From Bacteroidia bacterium (lineage in GTDB: Bacteria > Bacteroidota > Bacteroidia > NS11-12g > UBA9320), in the NCBI GenBank assembly GCA_965216465.1, contig CBDCFW010000005.1, forward strand, positions 480,001 to 544,000: a stretch of 64,000 nucleotides of DNA. The letters are read 5' to 3'. This document shows positions 20,232 to 30,615 of the stretch, in pieces; position 1 is the first letter of the stretch, and every line of letters begins with the position of its first letter. Under the pieces are notes generated by a model that saw nothing but the letters and a program-made list of their open reading frames with translations, was not told the DNA's origin and did not search any database. A program made the position numbers and the translations under genes.

Positions 20232-21866
20232 ATGAACGCCAAAGAACTAGAGTTTAACAAGAATGAAGATTTTAACAAGCTAAAGCTTAATGAATATGAA
20301 AGTTTAGCTAAAAAAATTCATAAAGGAGGAGGTGAAAAATCTGCAGCTAAGCAGAAGGCTAAAGGAAAACTTTTGGCTCGTGAACGCATCGAATATCTTA
20401 AAGATGCTGATGCCGATTTTCTGGAAATTGGAACATTTGTTGGCCACGACATGTATCCGGAGTATGGTGGATGTCCATCCGGAGGTGTTGTTGGTGGTAT
20501 AACAAAAGTTTCTGGGAGAATGTGCCTTGTCGTTGCAAACGACGCAACTGTTAAGGCAGGAGCTTGGTTTCCAATCACAGGAAAGAAAAACTTGAGGTTT
20601 CAAGAAATTGCCCTTGAAAACCATATTCCAATAATTTATTTGGTAGATAGTGCTGGCGTGTTCTTGCCTATGCAAGACGAAATTTTTCCTGACAAAGAAC
20701 ATTTTGGACGCATCTTCCGTAACAATGCTATTCTGAGCAGCAAAGGAATTCCTCAAATTGCAGCTGTAATGGGTTCTTGTGTAGCAGGAGGAGCTTACCT
20801 TCCAATCATGAGCGACGAAGCTTTAATCGTTGACAAAACTGGATCAATTTTCTTGGCTGGAAGCTATTTGGTTAAGGCCGCAATTGGTGAAGATATAGAT
20901 AATGAAACGCTAGGAGGCTCTGTTTCACAGACTGACTTATCAGGTGTTATTGACGATCGATTCCCCGATGATAAATCATGTTTAGATAGAATTAAGTTCT
21001 TAATGGATAAGATTGGCGAAAATTCTAAGTCAGGGTTTAGTCGTGTTGAAACAATAAAACCTAAAGCCAAAGAAGCTGATGTTTTCGGAATTCTTCCTGC
21101 AGAACGTTCAAAACCTTATTCTTCTTTAGAACTTATCAAATCTTTAGTCGACAATTCTGAGTTTGAACAATACAAAGAGAAATACGGTCAAACCATATTG
21201 TGTGGCTATGCGCGCATTGATGGATGGGCCGTAGGAATTGTGGCGAACAACCGCGAGCTGGTCAAGAGCAAAAAAGGTGAAATGCAATTTGGAGGAGTAA
21301 TCTACTCTGACAGTGCCGATAAAGCCGCTCGATTTATCATGAACTGCAACCAGAAAAAAATACCGTTAGTTTTCTTACAAGATGTTACTGGATTTATGGT
21401 TGGAAGCAGATCTGAACATGGTGGGATAATTAAAGACGGTGCTAAAATGGTAAATGCCATGAGCAATAGCACTGTACCTAAATTTACTGTAATAGTTGGA
21501 AATAGTTACGGAGCCGGAAATTATGCCATGTGCGGGAAGGCCTATGACCCAAGACTTATTGTCGCTTGGCCAAGTGCTAAAGTTGCTGTGATGGGTGGTG
21601 AGCAAGCAGCCAAAGTTTTGCTTCAGATTGAAAAAGCTAGTTTGGCTAAAAAAGGTGAAGAAATTACTCCAGAAAAAGAGGAAGCCTTGTTGAATAAAAT
21701 TATTGCTCGGTACGATAGCCAAACAACTCCTGAGTATGCCGCCTCACGATTGTGGGTTGACGAGATCATTAATCCTATCGATACGCGGAAATGGATCAGT
21801 ACTGGAATCGAAATGGCCAATCATGCAGATACCAAACCTTTTAATGTAGGAGTCATCCAAACGTGA
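20232..21866 (+). CDS. Acyl-CoA carboxylase beta subunit (methylcrotonyl-CoA carboxylase-like)
   Basis: ANDATVKAGAW, LVDSAG, GSCVAGGAY, QDVTGFMVG, GNSYGAGNY; TAGATTTG at 20216-20223 favours a start at 20229/20232. Confidence 0.93.
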   Translation: MNAKELEFNKNEDFNKLKLNEYESLAKKIHKGGGEKSAAKQKAKGKLLARERIEYLKDADADFLEIGTFVGHDMYPEYGGCPSGGVVGGITKVSGRMCLVVANDATVKAGAWFPITGKKNLRFQEIALENHIPIIYLVDSAGVFLPMQDEIFPDKEHFGRIFRNNAILSSKGIPQIAAVMGSCVAGGAYLPIMSDEALIVDKTGSIFLAGSYLVKAAIGEDIDNETLGGSVSQTDLSGVIDDRFPDDKSCLDRIKFLMDKIGENSKSGFSRVETIKPKAKEADVFGILPAERSKPYSSLELIKSLVDNSEFEQYKEKYGQTILCGYARIDGWAVGIVANNRELVKSKKGEMQFGGVIYSDSADKAARFIMNCNQKKIPLVFLQDVTGFMVGSRSEHGGIIKDGAKMVNAMSNSTVPKFTVIVGNSYGAGNYAMCGKAYDPRLIVAWPSAKVAVMGGEQAAKVLLQIEKASLAKKGEEITPEKEEALLNKIIARYDSQTTPEYAASRLWVDEIINPIDTRKWISTGIEMANHADTKPFNVGVIQT

Positions 21867-23416
21867 TGCGCAAGCTCCTTTTTCTTTTTTCACTTTGTAT
21901 AGTGTCAGCTGTTTGGTCACAAGAACCAACCGACACTTTTTGGCATTTATCTAGCTACAGCAAGAGTATTAACTCCGGCATCGGATGGGAAAGAGGAATA
22001 CCCCTTGTTACAGGCAAAGAGTCTAAACCAGTTGTAATCGCGGTTATTGATGCAGGAGTTGACATCCATCATCCAGATCTAAAAGATCAGATTTGGATAA
22101 ACGAAGACGAAGTCAATAACAACGGAATTGATGATGACAACAACGGCTATGTTGACGATCGCTACGGTTGGAACTTCTTGGGTGATATGACTTATGAGAC
22201 CTTAGAAATTACGCGTGAATATGTAAGGCTTAACGCCAAATACGAACTTAACGACTCTACACAAAAGAATTCCTCCGAATATACCTACTACCAAAATCTT
22301 AAGGCAGAATATCTAGCTGAGAAAGTAGATGCTCAACGCTATTACGAGTATTTCAGTGAAATTCATGCTGGAATTGAAATATTAGAAGAGCGCTATACGA
22401 CTAAAATCACGCAAAAAATTCTAGAAAATTCAAGAAGTACAAGCAGAGCCGAAGAGCTAGCCAAATTGAATTTAATAAGAGAGTTCAAAGAAAATCCTGA
22501 GTTTACCTACAACGAGGTCAAGAATAATTTAAAAGACTACTTCGATTACTACGATTACCTTTCTAATTATGGATACAACCCTTACTTTAATGTTCGAACT
22601 AGTCTAGTTGGTGACGACCCCAACAACGCTTACGAAAAAGGTTATGGAAACAATAAATTGAATTATGGAGATAAATTTTCTAGCCACGGAACTCACGTAG
22701 CAGGAATAATTGCATCAAACGGTTCAAATGACTTCGGTGCCAAAGGTGTTTGCTCGAATTGCCTAATAATGACCTTGCGGGTTGTTCCAGAAGGAGACGA
22801 ACGAGATAAGGATGTTGCTAATGCTATTCTATATGCTGCTGACAATGGTGCTCAAATAATTAACATGAGCTTTGGTAAGAACTATGCATACAATCAAATA
22901 GCGGTTCGCGATGCCATAGTATATGCTAAGGAGAAGGGTGTTCTTTTTGTTCATGCAGCTGGAAATGAGGCTGAAGATAACGATGAGGTTTTGAGCTATC
23001 CGAATGATTTTAATGGTGAATTTGATGATGTGTGGATTGAGGTAGGGGCCTCATCTTGGACTGGCACACCAACTTACATAGCAGATTTTTCAAACTACGG
23101 CTTAGTTTCTGTGGATGTTTTTGCCCCAGGTGTTTCCATCTATTCTACAACGCCTGACAATCAATACCAAGTCATGGATGGCACGAGTATGGCGGCTCCG
23201 GTGGTGTCTGGAATTGCTGGAGTTCTGTGGAGTTATTATCCAAACTTTACCGCCGCTGAAATCAAAACGATAATTATTGATAGTTCAATAAAGATTAGAA
23301 GACGCCAACAAATTCCAGGCAAGTTCTTTAAGGCACGAGCTTGTAGAATATCAAAAACGGGATCTATTGTGAACCTTTTTGAGGCTCTAAAACTTGCTGA
23401 ATCTCGAAGTCAATAA
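21863..23416 (+). CDS. Secreted S8 (subtilisin-like) serine peptidase
   Basis: VAVIDAG-type Asp, HGTHVAG and GTSMAAP catalytic motifs; signal peptide; helical insertion. Confidence 0.93.
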   Translation: MMRKLLFLFSLCIVSAVWSQEPTDTFWHLSSYSKSINSGIGWERGIPLVTGKESKPVVIAVIDAGVDIHHPDLKDQIWINEDEVNNNGIDDDNNGYVDDRYGWNFLGDMTYETLEITREYVRLNAKYELNDSTQKNSSEYTYYQNLKAEYLAEKVDAQRYYEYFSEIHAGIEILEERYTTKITQKILENSRSTSRAEELAKLNLIREFKENPEFTYNEVKNNLKDYFDYYDYLSNYGYNPYFNVRTSLVGDDPNNAYEKGYGNNKLNYGDKFSSHGTHVAGIIASNGSNDFGAKGVCSNCLIMTLRVVPEGDERDKDVANAILYAADNGAQIINMSFGKNYAYNQIAVRDAIVYAKEKGVLFVHAAGNEAEDNDEVLSYPNDFNGEFDDVWIEVGASSWTGTPTYIADFSNYGLVSVDVFAPGVSIYSTTPDNQYQVMDGTSMAAPVVSGIAGVLWSYYPNFTAAEIKTIIIDSSIKIRRRQQIPGKFFKARACRISKTGSIVNLFEALKLAESRSQ

Positions 23417-24072
23417 TTCAGCGGAACGGTGGGTCGAGGCTTAAATAGATAATAGCAAATTCCTACGGTCAAACTTGGACTAACATTGCTTTGTTTCGGC
23501 AAATTGCTGGTATCAAGAAGCGTAAGTGGTTCCTGCTCATACTTTTTACCATCAACAACATCCAAAGCTACTTCTTCATAGGGATATACATTTATTACTC
23601 CGATAATAGAGAGCTTGTCAATATTGTAACCATAGCCTAAACCTCCAGCAACACGTTGGTTGAAAATACCAATAGCTTGATTGGGATTTCCTGAGATATC
23701 GCCCAGAGGAATGTTTATCAAAATAGAATGTTTATCTGAAACTTTGTATCCGAGTAAAGCACTAAGCATACCACTAACTCCTCTGGTTTTGCCATAAGTA
23801 CCTAGTGTACTGTCACCTTGAACATAATATCTTGGGGCAGCATTGGTGAAATAATTGAACCCAAAACTCAATCCAAATTGTAAGTTATTTACAAAAGCAC
23901 CTTCATTTTTTTGAGTAGAAGATTCCAAATCATCAAGGCGCTGTTCTATTTCAGCTAGAACATTACTTATATCACTTCCTGATGAGGCATCTAAAAATAA
24001 AGAATCTTGACCTATAGCCTGAACAAACATCAAGATAGATACTATACACATATATATTCGGTACGAATACAA
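23410..24072 (-). CDS. Hypothetical exported protein (short coiled coil plus beta-rich region)
   Basis: 220-aa ORF with signal-like N-terminus; fills the gap between neighbours. Confidence 0.65.
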   Translation of the reverse strand: MYSYRIYMCIVSILMFVQAIGQDSLFLDASSGSDISNVLAEIEQRLDDLESSTQKNEGAFVNNLQFGLSFGFNYFTNAAPRYYVQGDSTLGTYGKTRGVSGMLSALLGYKVSDKHSILINIPLGDISGNPNQAIGIFNQRVAGGLGYGYNIDKLSIIGVINVYPYEEVALDVVDGKKYEQEPLTLLDTSNLPKQSNVSPSLTVGICYYLFKPRPTVPLNY

Positions 24073-24102
24073 TTTTCTTCAGCTTTGGTTTACTTTGTGG
24101 GT

Positions 24103-25746
24103 ATGAAAGAATTGAGTTCTCGCGTAGTCAGAGGGTTTATGTATAACGCTGTTCTACTTGTTTTTATTTTAACTGGGTGTAGCACAGAAAAGACTGAGGT
24201 TGATATGATTGTTTCTGCTTATAAAATTTATACCAGCGACAGCTCATTCTCAGTTGCTGAATGCATGGCTATTCGAGATGGAAAAATTGTAGCTGTTGGC
24301 AGCACCAAAGACATCCACAAAAAATTTCACTCGGCAAAAGATGAAACGATAAACGGAATTATCTATCCAGGATTTATAGATGCTCATTCTCACTTTTTTA
24401 ATTATGGTTATATGTTAAACAAGGTTGATTTACGGAACACGTTTAGCATGGAAGAAGTAGTGAACAAGGTTGTACAATATGCTCAATCATCGAATGAAGC
24501 TTGGATTGTAGGTCGAGGTTGGGATCAGACAGAATGGACCATGAAGAGCAACCCTAACAACGTAATGCTATCAGCTTACTTCCCTGATCGACCTGTGGTA
24601 CTCAGTAGAGTTGACGGGCACGCAATAATTGCGAATGACAAGGCTTTGGAACTGGCAGGTATAACTCCAGACACCAAAATTGAAGGAGGTGAAATTGAAG
24701 TTATTGGAGGAAGGCTTACTGGACTCTTAACAGACAACGCTTGCGAACCCGTTTTTAATCAGATTCCTCCGGCATCTAAAGAATCAACCATTAAAGCACT
24801 ATTATCCGCCCAAGAGAATTGTTTCAAAGCAGGCCTCACTACTGTAACCGATGCGGGATTAGATTTAGAGTCTATTCTGCTCATTGACAGTCTTCAAGAA
24901 ACAGGAGATTTAAAGATTCGCGTATATGCGATGGCCAACCCTACGGCAGAAAATTTCAACTATTTTTCAGAGAAGGGTATTATTTCTAAAGACCGCTTAC
25001 AAGTTTCGTCGTTCAAACTTTACGCCGATGGGGCTCTAGGTTCAAGAGGAGCGAAACTCAAAGAGTCGTATTGCGATCATGAAAACTATACCGGTGTTTG
25101 GGTAACTTCACCCAAAACGATTGATTCTATTTGCAATGTATTAAACAGTATTGGATTTCAAGTAAATACGCATTGCATTGGCGACAGTGCAAATCATATC
25201 ACGCTTCAGACATATAGTAAGTACCTGCAAGGCAAGAATGATAAAAGATGGAGAATTGAACACGCTCAAGTCGTATCTCCTCAAGACCGTTTTCTATTTG
25301 AAGAGAACAGCATTCTACCTTCAGTTCAACCCACGCATGCTACCAGCGATATGAATTGGGCTAGGGAACGACTATGCGAAGTGCGTATGGATGGAGCTTA
25401 CGCCTACAAAAGCCTTTATAATTTAAACAAGCGAATTCCTTTAGGTACCGACTTCCCTGTAGAAGACATCTCGCCTCTTGAAACTTTTTTTGCCGCAGTA
25501 TATCGTCAAGATAAGAATCATAAACCGATTGGAGGCTTTCTTCCAGACGAAGCATTAACTCCTCAACAAGCTATTTTGGGCATGACCATTTGGGCTGCAC
25601 ATGCAAGTTTTATGGAAGAGGAAATAGGAAGCTTGGAAGTAGGGAAACGAGCAGATTTCGTGGTGCTCAACACCGACATTTACTTAGAAAAGTACATGCT
25701 CAACACTTTGGTTAAAGCAACCTATATTGATGGGGTAAAGCAATAA
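24103..25746 (+). CDS. YtcJ-like amidohydrolase (Amidohydro_3), probable lipoprotein
   Basis: PGFIDAHSH, RVDGH, KLYADGALGSRGA, HCIGD, RIEHAQ, GTDFPVE; LTGC lipobox. Confidence 0.92.
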   Translation: MKELSSRVVRGFMYNAVLLVFILTGCSTEKTEVDMIVSAYKIYTSDSSFSVAECMAIRDGKIVAVGSTKDIHKKFHSAKDETINGIIYPGFIDAHSHFFNYGYMLNKVDLRNTFSMEEVVNKVVQYAQSSNEAWIVGRGWDQTEWTMKSNPNNVMLSAYFPDRPVVLSRVDGHAIIANDKALELAGITPDTKIEGGEIEVIGGRLTGLLTDNACEPVFNQIPPASKESTIKALLSAQENCFKAGLTTVTDAGLDLESILLIDSLQETGDLKIRVYAMANPTAENFNYFSEKGIISKDRLQVSSFKLYADGALGSRGAKLKESYCDHENYTGVWVTSPKTIDSICNVLNSIGFQVNTHCIGDSANHITLQTYSKYLQGKNDKRWRIEHAQVVSPQDRFLFEENSILPSVQPTHATSDMNWARERLCEVRMDGAYAYKSLYNLNKRIPLGTDFPVEDISPLETFFAAVYRQDKNHKPIGGFLPDEALTPQQAILGMTIWAAHASFMEEEIGSLEVGKRADFVVLNTDIYLEKYMLNTLVKATYIDGVKQ

Positions 25747-25757
25747 CGGCTTTTGAC

Positions 25758-27044
25758 CTAGCGGTCAGCCATTGCAACAAATTCACGTTGTGCGTATCCT
25801 GTATAGATCTGACGAGGACGACCAATTGGGTGCTTATCTTCCATCATTTCTTTCCATTGCGAAATCCAACCTGGAAGTCTACCCAAAGCAAACAGTACAG
25901 TAAACATTTCTACTGGGAATCCCATTGCTCGGTAAATAATTCCAGAATAGAAATCAACGTTAGGGAACAGTTTTCTTTCAATGAAGTAAGGATCGCTTAA
26001 AGCAGCTTCTTCCAATTTCTTAGCAATTTCTAAGGTTGGGTCATTGATGTTCAACTTAGCAAGAACTTCATCTGCTGATTTTTTAATGATACGTGCTCTA
26101 GGATCAAAGTTCTTATATACTCTATGACCGAATCCCATTAAACGGAATGGGTCATTTTTATCCTTTGCTTTGTCGATGTATTTCTGTGCATTTCCTCCGT
26201 CTGCCTTAATTGCTTCAAGCATTTCAATTACTTTCTGGTTTGCACCTCCGTGTAAAGGACCCCAAAGAGCAGAAATACCAGCTGAAATTGAAGCATATAA
26301 GTTAGCGTGAGAAGAACCAACCATTCTTACAGTAGCAGCTGAGCAGTTTTGCTCGTGGTCTGCGTGTAAGATTAGCAGTTTGTTCATCGCACGAACAAGA
26401 ACAGGATCAAGGTCGTAATCTTCAGTAACATTCTTGAAGGTCATGTTCAGATAATTCTCAACATACGACAAGCTGTTTTGAGGATAGATTAATGGATGGC
26501 CTAAACGCTTCTTAGAAATCATAGCACAAATGGTTGGCATTTTTGCAAGTAATCTCTTGATAGTTCTCATTTTTTCTTCTTCAGAGCTGTTTGGATTCAA
26601 ACTTTCAGGATAGAAAGAAGAAAGCGAAGAAATCATTGCGATTAACTGTCCCATAGGATGAGAACCAGTAGGCCATGCTTTAAATATGTTCTCAATATCT
26701 CCATTTACCAAGGTGTGGTGACGTATGTCATTGTCCCACTCATTATATTGCTCTTGGGTAGGAAGCTCTCCATGAATTAACAAGTAAGCAACCTCTAAGA
26801 AATCGGCCTTATCTGCTAACTCTTCGATAGAGTATCCTCTGTGTCTCAGAATTCCTTGTTCACCGTCAAGGTAGGTAATGCTACTTGTGGTGCTTCCTGT
26901 ATTCTTGTATCCAAAATCAAGCGTAACGGCTCCAGTAGTTCCTCTTAACTTACTAATATCAACACCAATTTCGTTTTCGGTTCCAACAATAACGGGTAAT
27001 TCTGTTTCTTTTCCTTGAATGTTAATTTTAGCTGTTTTTGACAT
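25758..27044 (-). CDS. gltA: Citrate synthase
   Basis: LHADHEQN, GPLHGGAN, MGFGHRVY, PNVDFYSG; TACTTTTG promoter element at 27071-27078. Confidence 0.98.
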   Translation of the reverse strand: MSKTAKINIQGKETELPVIVGTENEIGVDISKLRGTTGAVTLDFGYKNTGSTTSSITYLDGEQGILRHRGYSIEELADKADFLEVAYLLIHGELPTQEQYNEWDNDIRHHTLVNGDIENIFKAWPTGSHPMGQLIAMISSLSSFYPESLNPNSSEEEKMRTIKRLLAKMPTICAMISKKRLGHPLIYPQNSLSYVENYLNMTFKNVTEDYDLDPVLVRAMNKLLILHADHEQNCSAATVRMVGSSHANLYASISAGISALWGPLHGGANQKVIEMLEAIKADGGNAQKYIDKAKDKNDPFRLMGFGHRVYKNFDPRARIIKKSADEVLAKLNINDPTLEIAKKLEEAALSDPYFIERKLFPNVDFYSGIIYRAMGFPVEMFTVLFALGRLPGWISQWKEMMEDKHPIGRPRQIYTGYAQREFVAMADR

Positions 27045-27166
27045 TGAGTTAATCTTGATTTTGAGTGGTGCAAAAGTACTTTTTTAAAATGTGATTTAAA
27101 AGTGTAACAACCAAATAAATCGTATGTTTTTAGAATAGGTTAGATTTGTTAAATAATCGAGGTAAA

Positions 27167-27829
27167 ATGTCAGAAGATATAGTGCAAATAATCGGCGGTT
27201 TAAATAACAAAGCAGCCTTAAAACAACACATATACAGAAATACGCTTACGGTCTTTAAAGAGCTAAGGCGTTGTGCCCAACAAATTGCTGAACAGTTGGC
27301 ACCAGAAGTTGTAAAAAAAGATAAGAATGTTGAAGTTGAATTGAAGGAAGTTAGTGACTTCGAATTTCACTTAAAATTTAGTGGTGACACCATTGCGTTT
27401 ATTATGCATACCAACATTTTTACCTTCCCGCCACCTCATGAGGTGAATAAAAAGAAGTATGTTCAAGAAGCCCCTCAACGTGGATATTTCGGAATGATTC
27501 AAGCTTATAACTTTTTATCAGACTCCATAAAATACCATCGACTAGCTGATGTTGGATATTTACTCGCTAGATTGTTCATTAACTCAGAAGGTCACTTCTA
27601 TGTTGATGGCCAAAGACAACTTGATTTCTTATACAAAGACGTTGACAAAAATGTTGTTAATGAAGAGGTTATAATTAAAATAATTGAGCAAACTATGCTT
27701 TACGCATTGGATTTTGATCTCTACGTTCCTCCAGTAAATGCTATGGCTGAAATAACGTTAGAGCAAAAGAATTACTTTAATAATCCATCAGGACTTGCAA
27801 CAGGTAAACGTCTTGGATTTTCAAAATAA
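27167..27829 (+). CDS. Conserved hypothetical cytoplasmic protein
   Basis: Long ORF with protein-like composition; TAGATTTG at 27141-27148 supports ATG 27167. Confidence 0.75.
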   Translation: MSEDIVQIIGGLNNKAALKQHIYRNTLTVFKELRRCAQQIAEQLAPEVVKKDKNVEVELKEVSDFEFHLKFSGDTIAFIMHTNIFTFPPPHEVNKKKYVQEAPQRGYFGMIQAYNFLSDSIKYHRLADVGYLLARLFINSEGHFYVDGQRQLDFLYKDVDKNVVNEEVIIKIIEQTMLYALDFDLYVPPVNAMAEITLEQKNYFNNPSGLATGKRLGFSK

Positions 27830-27833
27830 ACAA

Positions 27834-28313
27834 ATGAGAAACTTATTAATAATTATGGGGTTTTGCCTTCTTTTTGCTTGTGAAACTCCAGACAATTCTA
27901 CCGAAGTAAATATTCCAACGGATTCCATCACATTCGACTCGGCTTTAGCTTCTGAATATGGTGCCGATGAGTATGGCATGAAAAAATATGTCATTGCATT
28001 TCTAAAAAAAGGTCCAAATAGAGACCTTGACTCTGCAAAAGCTGTTGAATTGCAGCGTGCCCATTTAGACAACATTGGCCGTATGGCAGAAGAAGGCACA
28101 CTTGTATTAGCTGGTCCTTTTTTTGGCAACGATGACCTTAGAGGGATTTATATCTTCAATGTGTCATCCATTGCTGAAGCAGAAGAGCTAACCAAAACAG
28201 ATCCCGCCATTCAAGAAGGAAGCTTAGTTATGGAGCTAAAAGAATGGTACGGATCGGCAGCTCTAATGGCTGTTAACGAAATTCATCCAAAAATGTCTAA
28301 AACACCGATATGA
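27834..28313 (+). CDS. YciI-family lipoprotein
   Basis: LFAC lipobox; AHL...LAGPF...GIYIF...DPAI YciI pattern. Confidence 0.82.
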   Translation: MRNLLIIMGFCLLFACETPDNSTEVNIPTDSITFDSALASEYGADEYGMKKYVIAFLKKGPNRDLDSAKAVELQRAHLDNIGRMAEEGTLVLAGPFFGNDDLRGIYIFNVSSIAEAEELTKTDPAIQEGSLVMELKEWYGSAALMAVNEIHPKMSKTPI

Positions 28314-29260
28314 TGAAATATGCTTACATAGCCCTTGCTTGCTTATTATTCTACTCTTGTGACCAAACAGCAAATCAATTTACTGAGCTTCCAGAACGAG
28401 GAATTCAACTGATGATTTTAGGTACTATTCAAGATGCGGGCTCTCCGCATATTGGATGCAACAAAGAATGCTGTTCTCGCCTGTTTGAAACACCCGATAA
28501 GAATAGAATGGTATCTTCAGTAGGAATCATTGATTTTATTCATAACTCTTCTTACTTGATCGACGCCACTCCGGATATGGGTAGGCAAATGAAGTTGCTG
28601 AAAAAAGCTGCTAATTCTGAAACTGAGTTCCCAGATGGAATTTTCTTAACGCATGCTCATGCAGGACATTATACCGGTTTGATGTACTTAGGAAAAGAGG
28701 GAGCGAATGCAGATAGTGTTCCCGTTTATGCTATGCCAAAAATGCGTGACTTTATTGAAAACAATGAGCCTTGGAAACAGCTGGTGAGCATTAAGAACAT
28801 TGAAATGCGATCTATTGTTGCTAGTGAGAAGAAGGTGCTAAATGATTCACTTTCAGTTGTTCCTTTTCTTGTTCCTCATCGGGATGAATTGTCTGAAACC
28901 GTAGGATATAAGATTATTGGACCAAATAAAACAGCACTATTCATTCCAGACATCAACAAATGGAATCTATGGGACAAAAGCATTGTTGAAGAAATTAAGC
29001 AGGTTGATTATGCCTTTCTTGATGCAACATTCTACGACCAAAATGAAGTTCCGCATAGAAACATGGACGAGATTCCACATCCGTTTGTGGTTGAAAGCGT
29101 AGCACTGTTTAGTGTGCTATCAGATGAAGATAAGGCCAAAATTCATTTTACACATTTCAACCATACCAATCCGCTGCTTAACAACGGAAGCAATGAGTTT
29201 TATCAATTCAGAAGTAGCGGCTTTAATATTGCCCAGGTTGGAAATCGATTTGAATTATGA
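28310..29260 (+). CDS. PqqB-like metallo-beta-lactamase-fold hydrolase, lipoprotein
   Basis: LGTIQDAGSPHIGC, IDATPD, THAHAGH, VPHRDE, HFNHTNP; FYSC lipobox. Confidence 0.85.
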   Translation: MMKYAYIALACLLFYSCDQTANQFTELPERGIQLMILGTIQDAGSPHIGCNKECCSRLFETPDKNRMVSSVGIIDFIHNSSYLIDATPDMGRQMKLLKKAANSETEFPDGIFLTHAHAGHYTGLMYLGKEGANADSVPVYAMPKMRDFIENNEPWKQLVSIKNIEMRSIVASEKKVLNDSLSVVPFLVPHRDELSETVGYKIIGPNKTALFIPDINKWNLWDKSIVEEIKQVDYAFLDATFYDQNEVPHRNMDEIPHPFVVESVALFSVLSDEDKAKIHFTHFNHTNPLLNNGSNEFYQFRSSGFNIAQVGNRFEL

Positions 29261-29539
29261 GTTCAACTCCATGAATTCAACTCCGTCAGCTGTTGCTTTA
29301 AACATGCTTTCTTTCATCTTGTCACTGTCGTAAACCCAAGACAGGGCATTTTGCTTATTCGTAGCAACAAGCAACTTATGATGGATTAGATTTTTAATGG
29401 CATCAGCAACCACATTTGGATTCTTCTCTGTGGTACACTCTTCGGCAATACTACCAAATGTTTCAGGAAAAATACACATGTTCAGAATCTCCAATTCCAG
29501 CTCCGGCAATTCAATTATTTTAATTTTCTTCCTTTCCAT
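29255..29539 (-). CDS. Small hypothetical protein (possible winged helix)
   Basis: 94 aa, coupled to the upstream GT2; LELEILN...DAIKNLIHHKLL...ATADG pattern. Confidence 0.6.
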   Translation of the reverse strand: MERKKIKIIELPELELEILNMCIFPETFGSIAEECTTEKNPNVVADAIKNLIHHKLLVATNKQNALSWVYDSDKMKESMFKATADGVEFMELNS

Positions 29540-30615
29540 TTAAACGATAGTATTTGACTCAAGGGAGGCAACAAGGTCATATACAAAATATGAAACACCT
29601 GCCCTACCAATAAAGTTTGGGTCCATGTGGTGAAACCAAAAAACGAAGCAAACTTAGTATAAAACCGATCTTCTGCCAGCACTTTAATCAAAAGTAAAAA
29701 GGCCCCAATGGTTAATCCTATCTTAGAAAATGAAAGGAACGCCAATACAATGCTTAAGTTGAAAACCCAAACGCCTGATAGAATTAGCGTATTCTTCTTC
29801 AGGTCGTAGTCGCCATTCTTGCTTGCCCAACGAATTCGCTGATTCCAGAACTCTTTGAAACTCGAAGGACCATTGGTTACTACCATGGCTTCATTATGTT
29901 TACAGAACATTATTCCATTTGGAAAGTTAAATGACGTACTCTGCAATAAGAAAACATCGTCGCCACTTGCTTTGTGTTCTTTCAGATTAAATCGCTCTAA
30001 CACCTCTCTTCTATAAGCCAAGTTTGCTCCATTGCAAATCATAGGGAGGTTCCATTCAATATGAGCTGCACCAATAGCGATTAGAGCGGCAAAGTCGAGG
30101 CTTATTATTTTATGCCTTAGCTCTTTTCTTGGGATGAAATTTACAGGACCGCTTACTAGCTGAATTTTATCATCGGCAAAACACCCACCCATACGCATAA
30201 TCCAATTTGGAGCCAGAATACAATCGGCATCAGTTTGCAGAATAATGTCACCTTTTGCCTCGGTCCATGCTAGCTTTAATGCCTCTTTTTTTCCTTCATT
30301 TTCTTCAAGATCAAACACCTGAAACGGATGTTTTAAGTTTGAATTGATAATGTAATTGGCCCCATTATCAGTTGAATGGTCATTCACAAATACAATATCG
30401 AGATGAGTGCCTTTCAGCTTTAAAATATTTAATGAGTTGATTAAGCGGGGCAGGTTTTTTTCTTCATTTCTAAATGGAATTACCACTGTAACACTCAAGT
30501 GGCTTGCATCTTGATCTTCAGGTTCTGGTATACTTTCCCACAGTTTGGCATACTTGCCCAAGAGGTCGAAGTAAGTGAGACCCAGAATAAGAGCTATAAT
30601 TATTAATACAATCAC
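29515..30615 (-). CDS. Membrane GT2 glycosyltransferase
   Basis: VVIPFRNEE, VNDHSTD, TDADC, SGDD, QRIRW motifs plus TM helices. Confidence 0.92.
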   Translation of the reverse strand: MIVLIIIALILGLTYFDLLGKYAKLWESIPEPEDQDASHLSVTVVIPFRNEEKNLPRLINSLNILKLKGTHLDIVFVNDHSTDNGANYIINSNLKHPFQVFDLEENEGKKEALKLAWTEAKGDIILQTDADCILAPNWIMRMGGCFADDKIQLVSGPVNFIPRKELRHKIISLDFAALIAIGAAHIEWNLPMICNGANLAYRREVLERFNLKEHKASGDDVFLLQSTSFNFPNGIMFCKHNEAMVVTNGPSSFKEFWNQRIRWASKNGDYDLKKNTLILSGVWVFNLSIVLAFLSFSKIGLTIGAFLLLIKVLAEDRFYTKFASFFGFTTWTQTLLVGQVFHILYMTLLPPLSQILSFKWKGRKLK

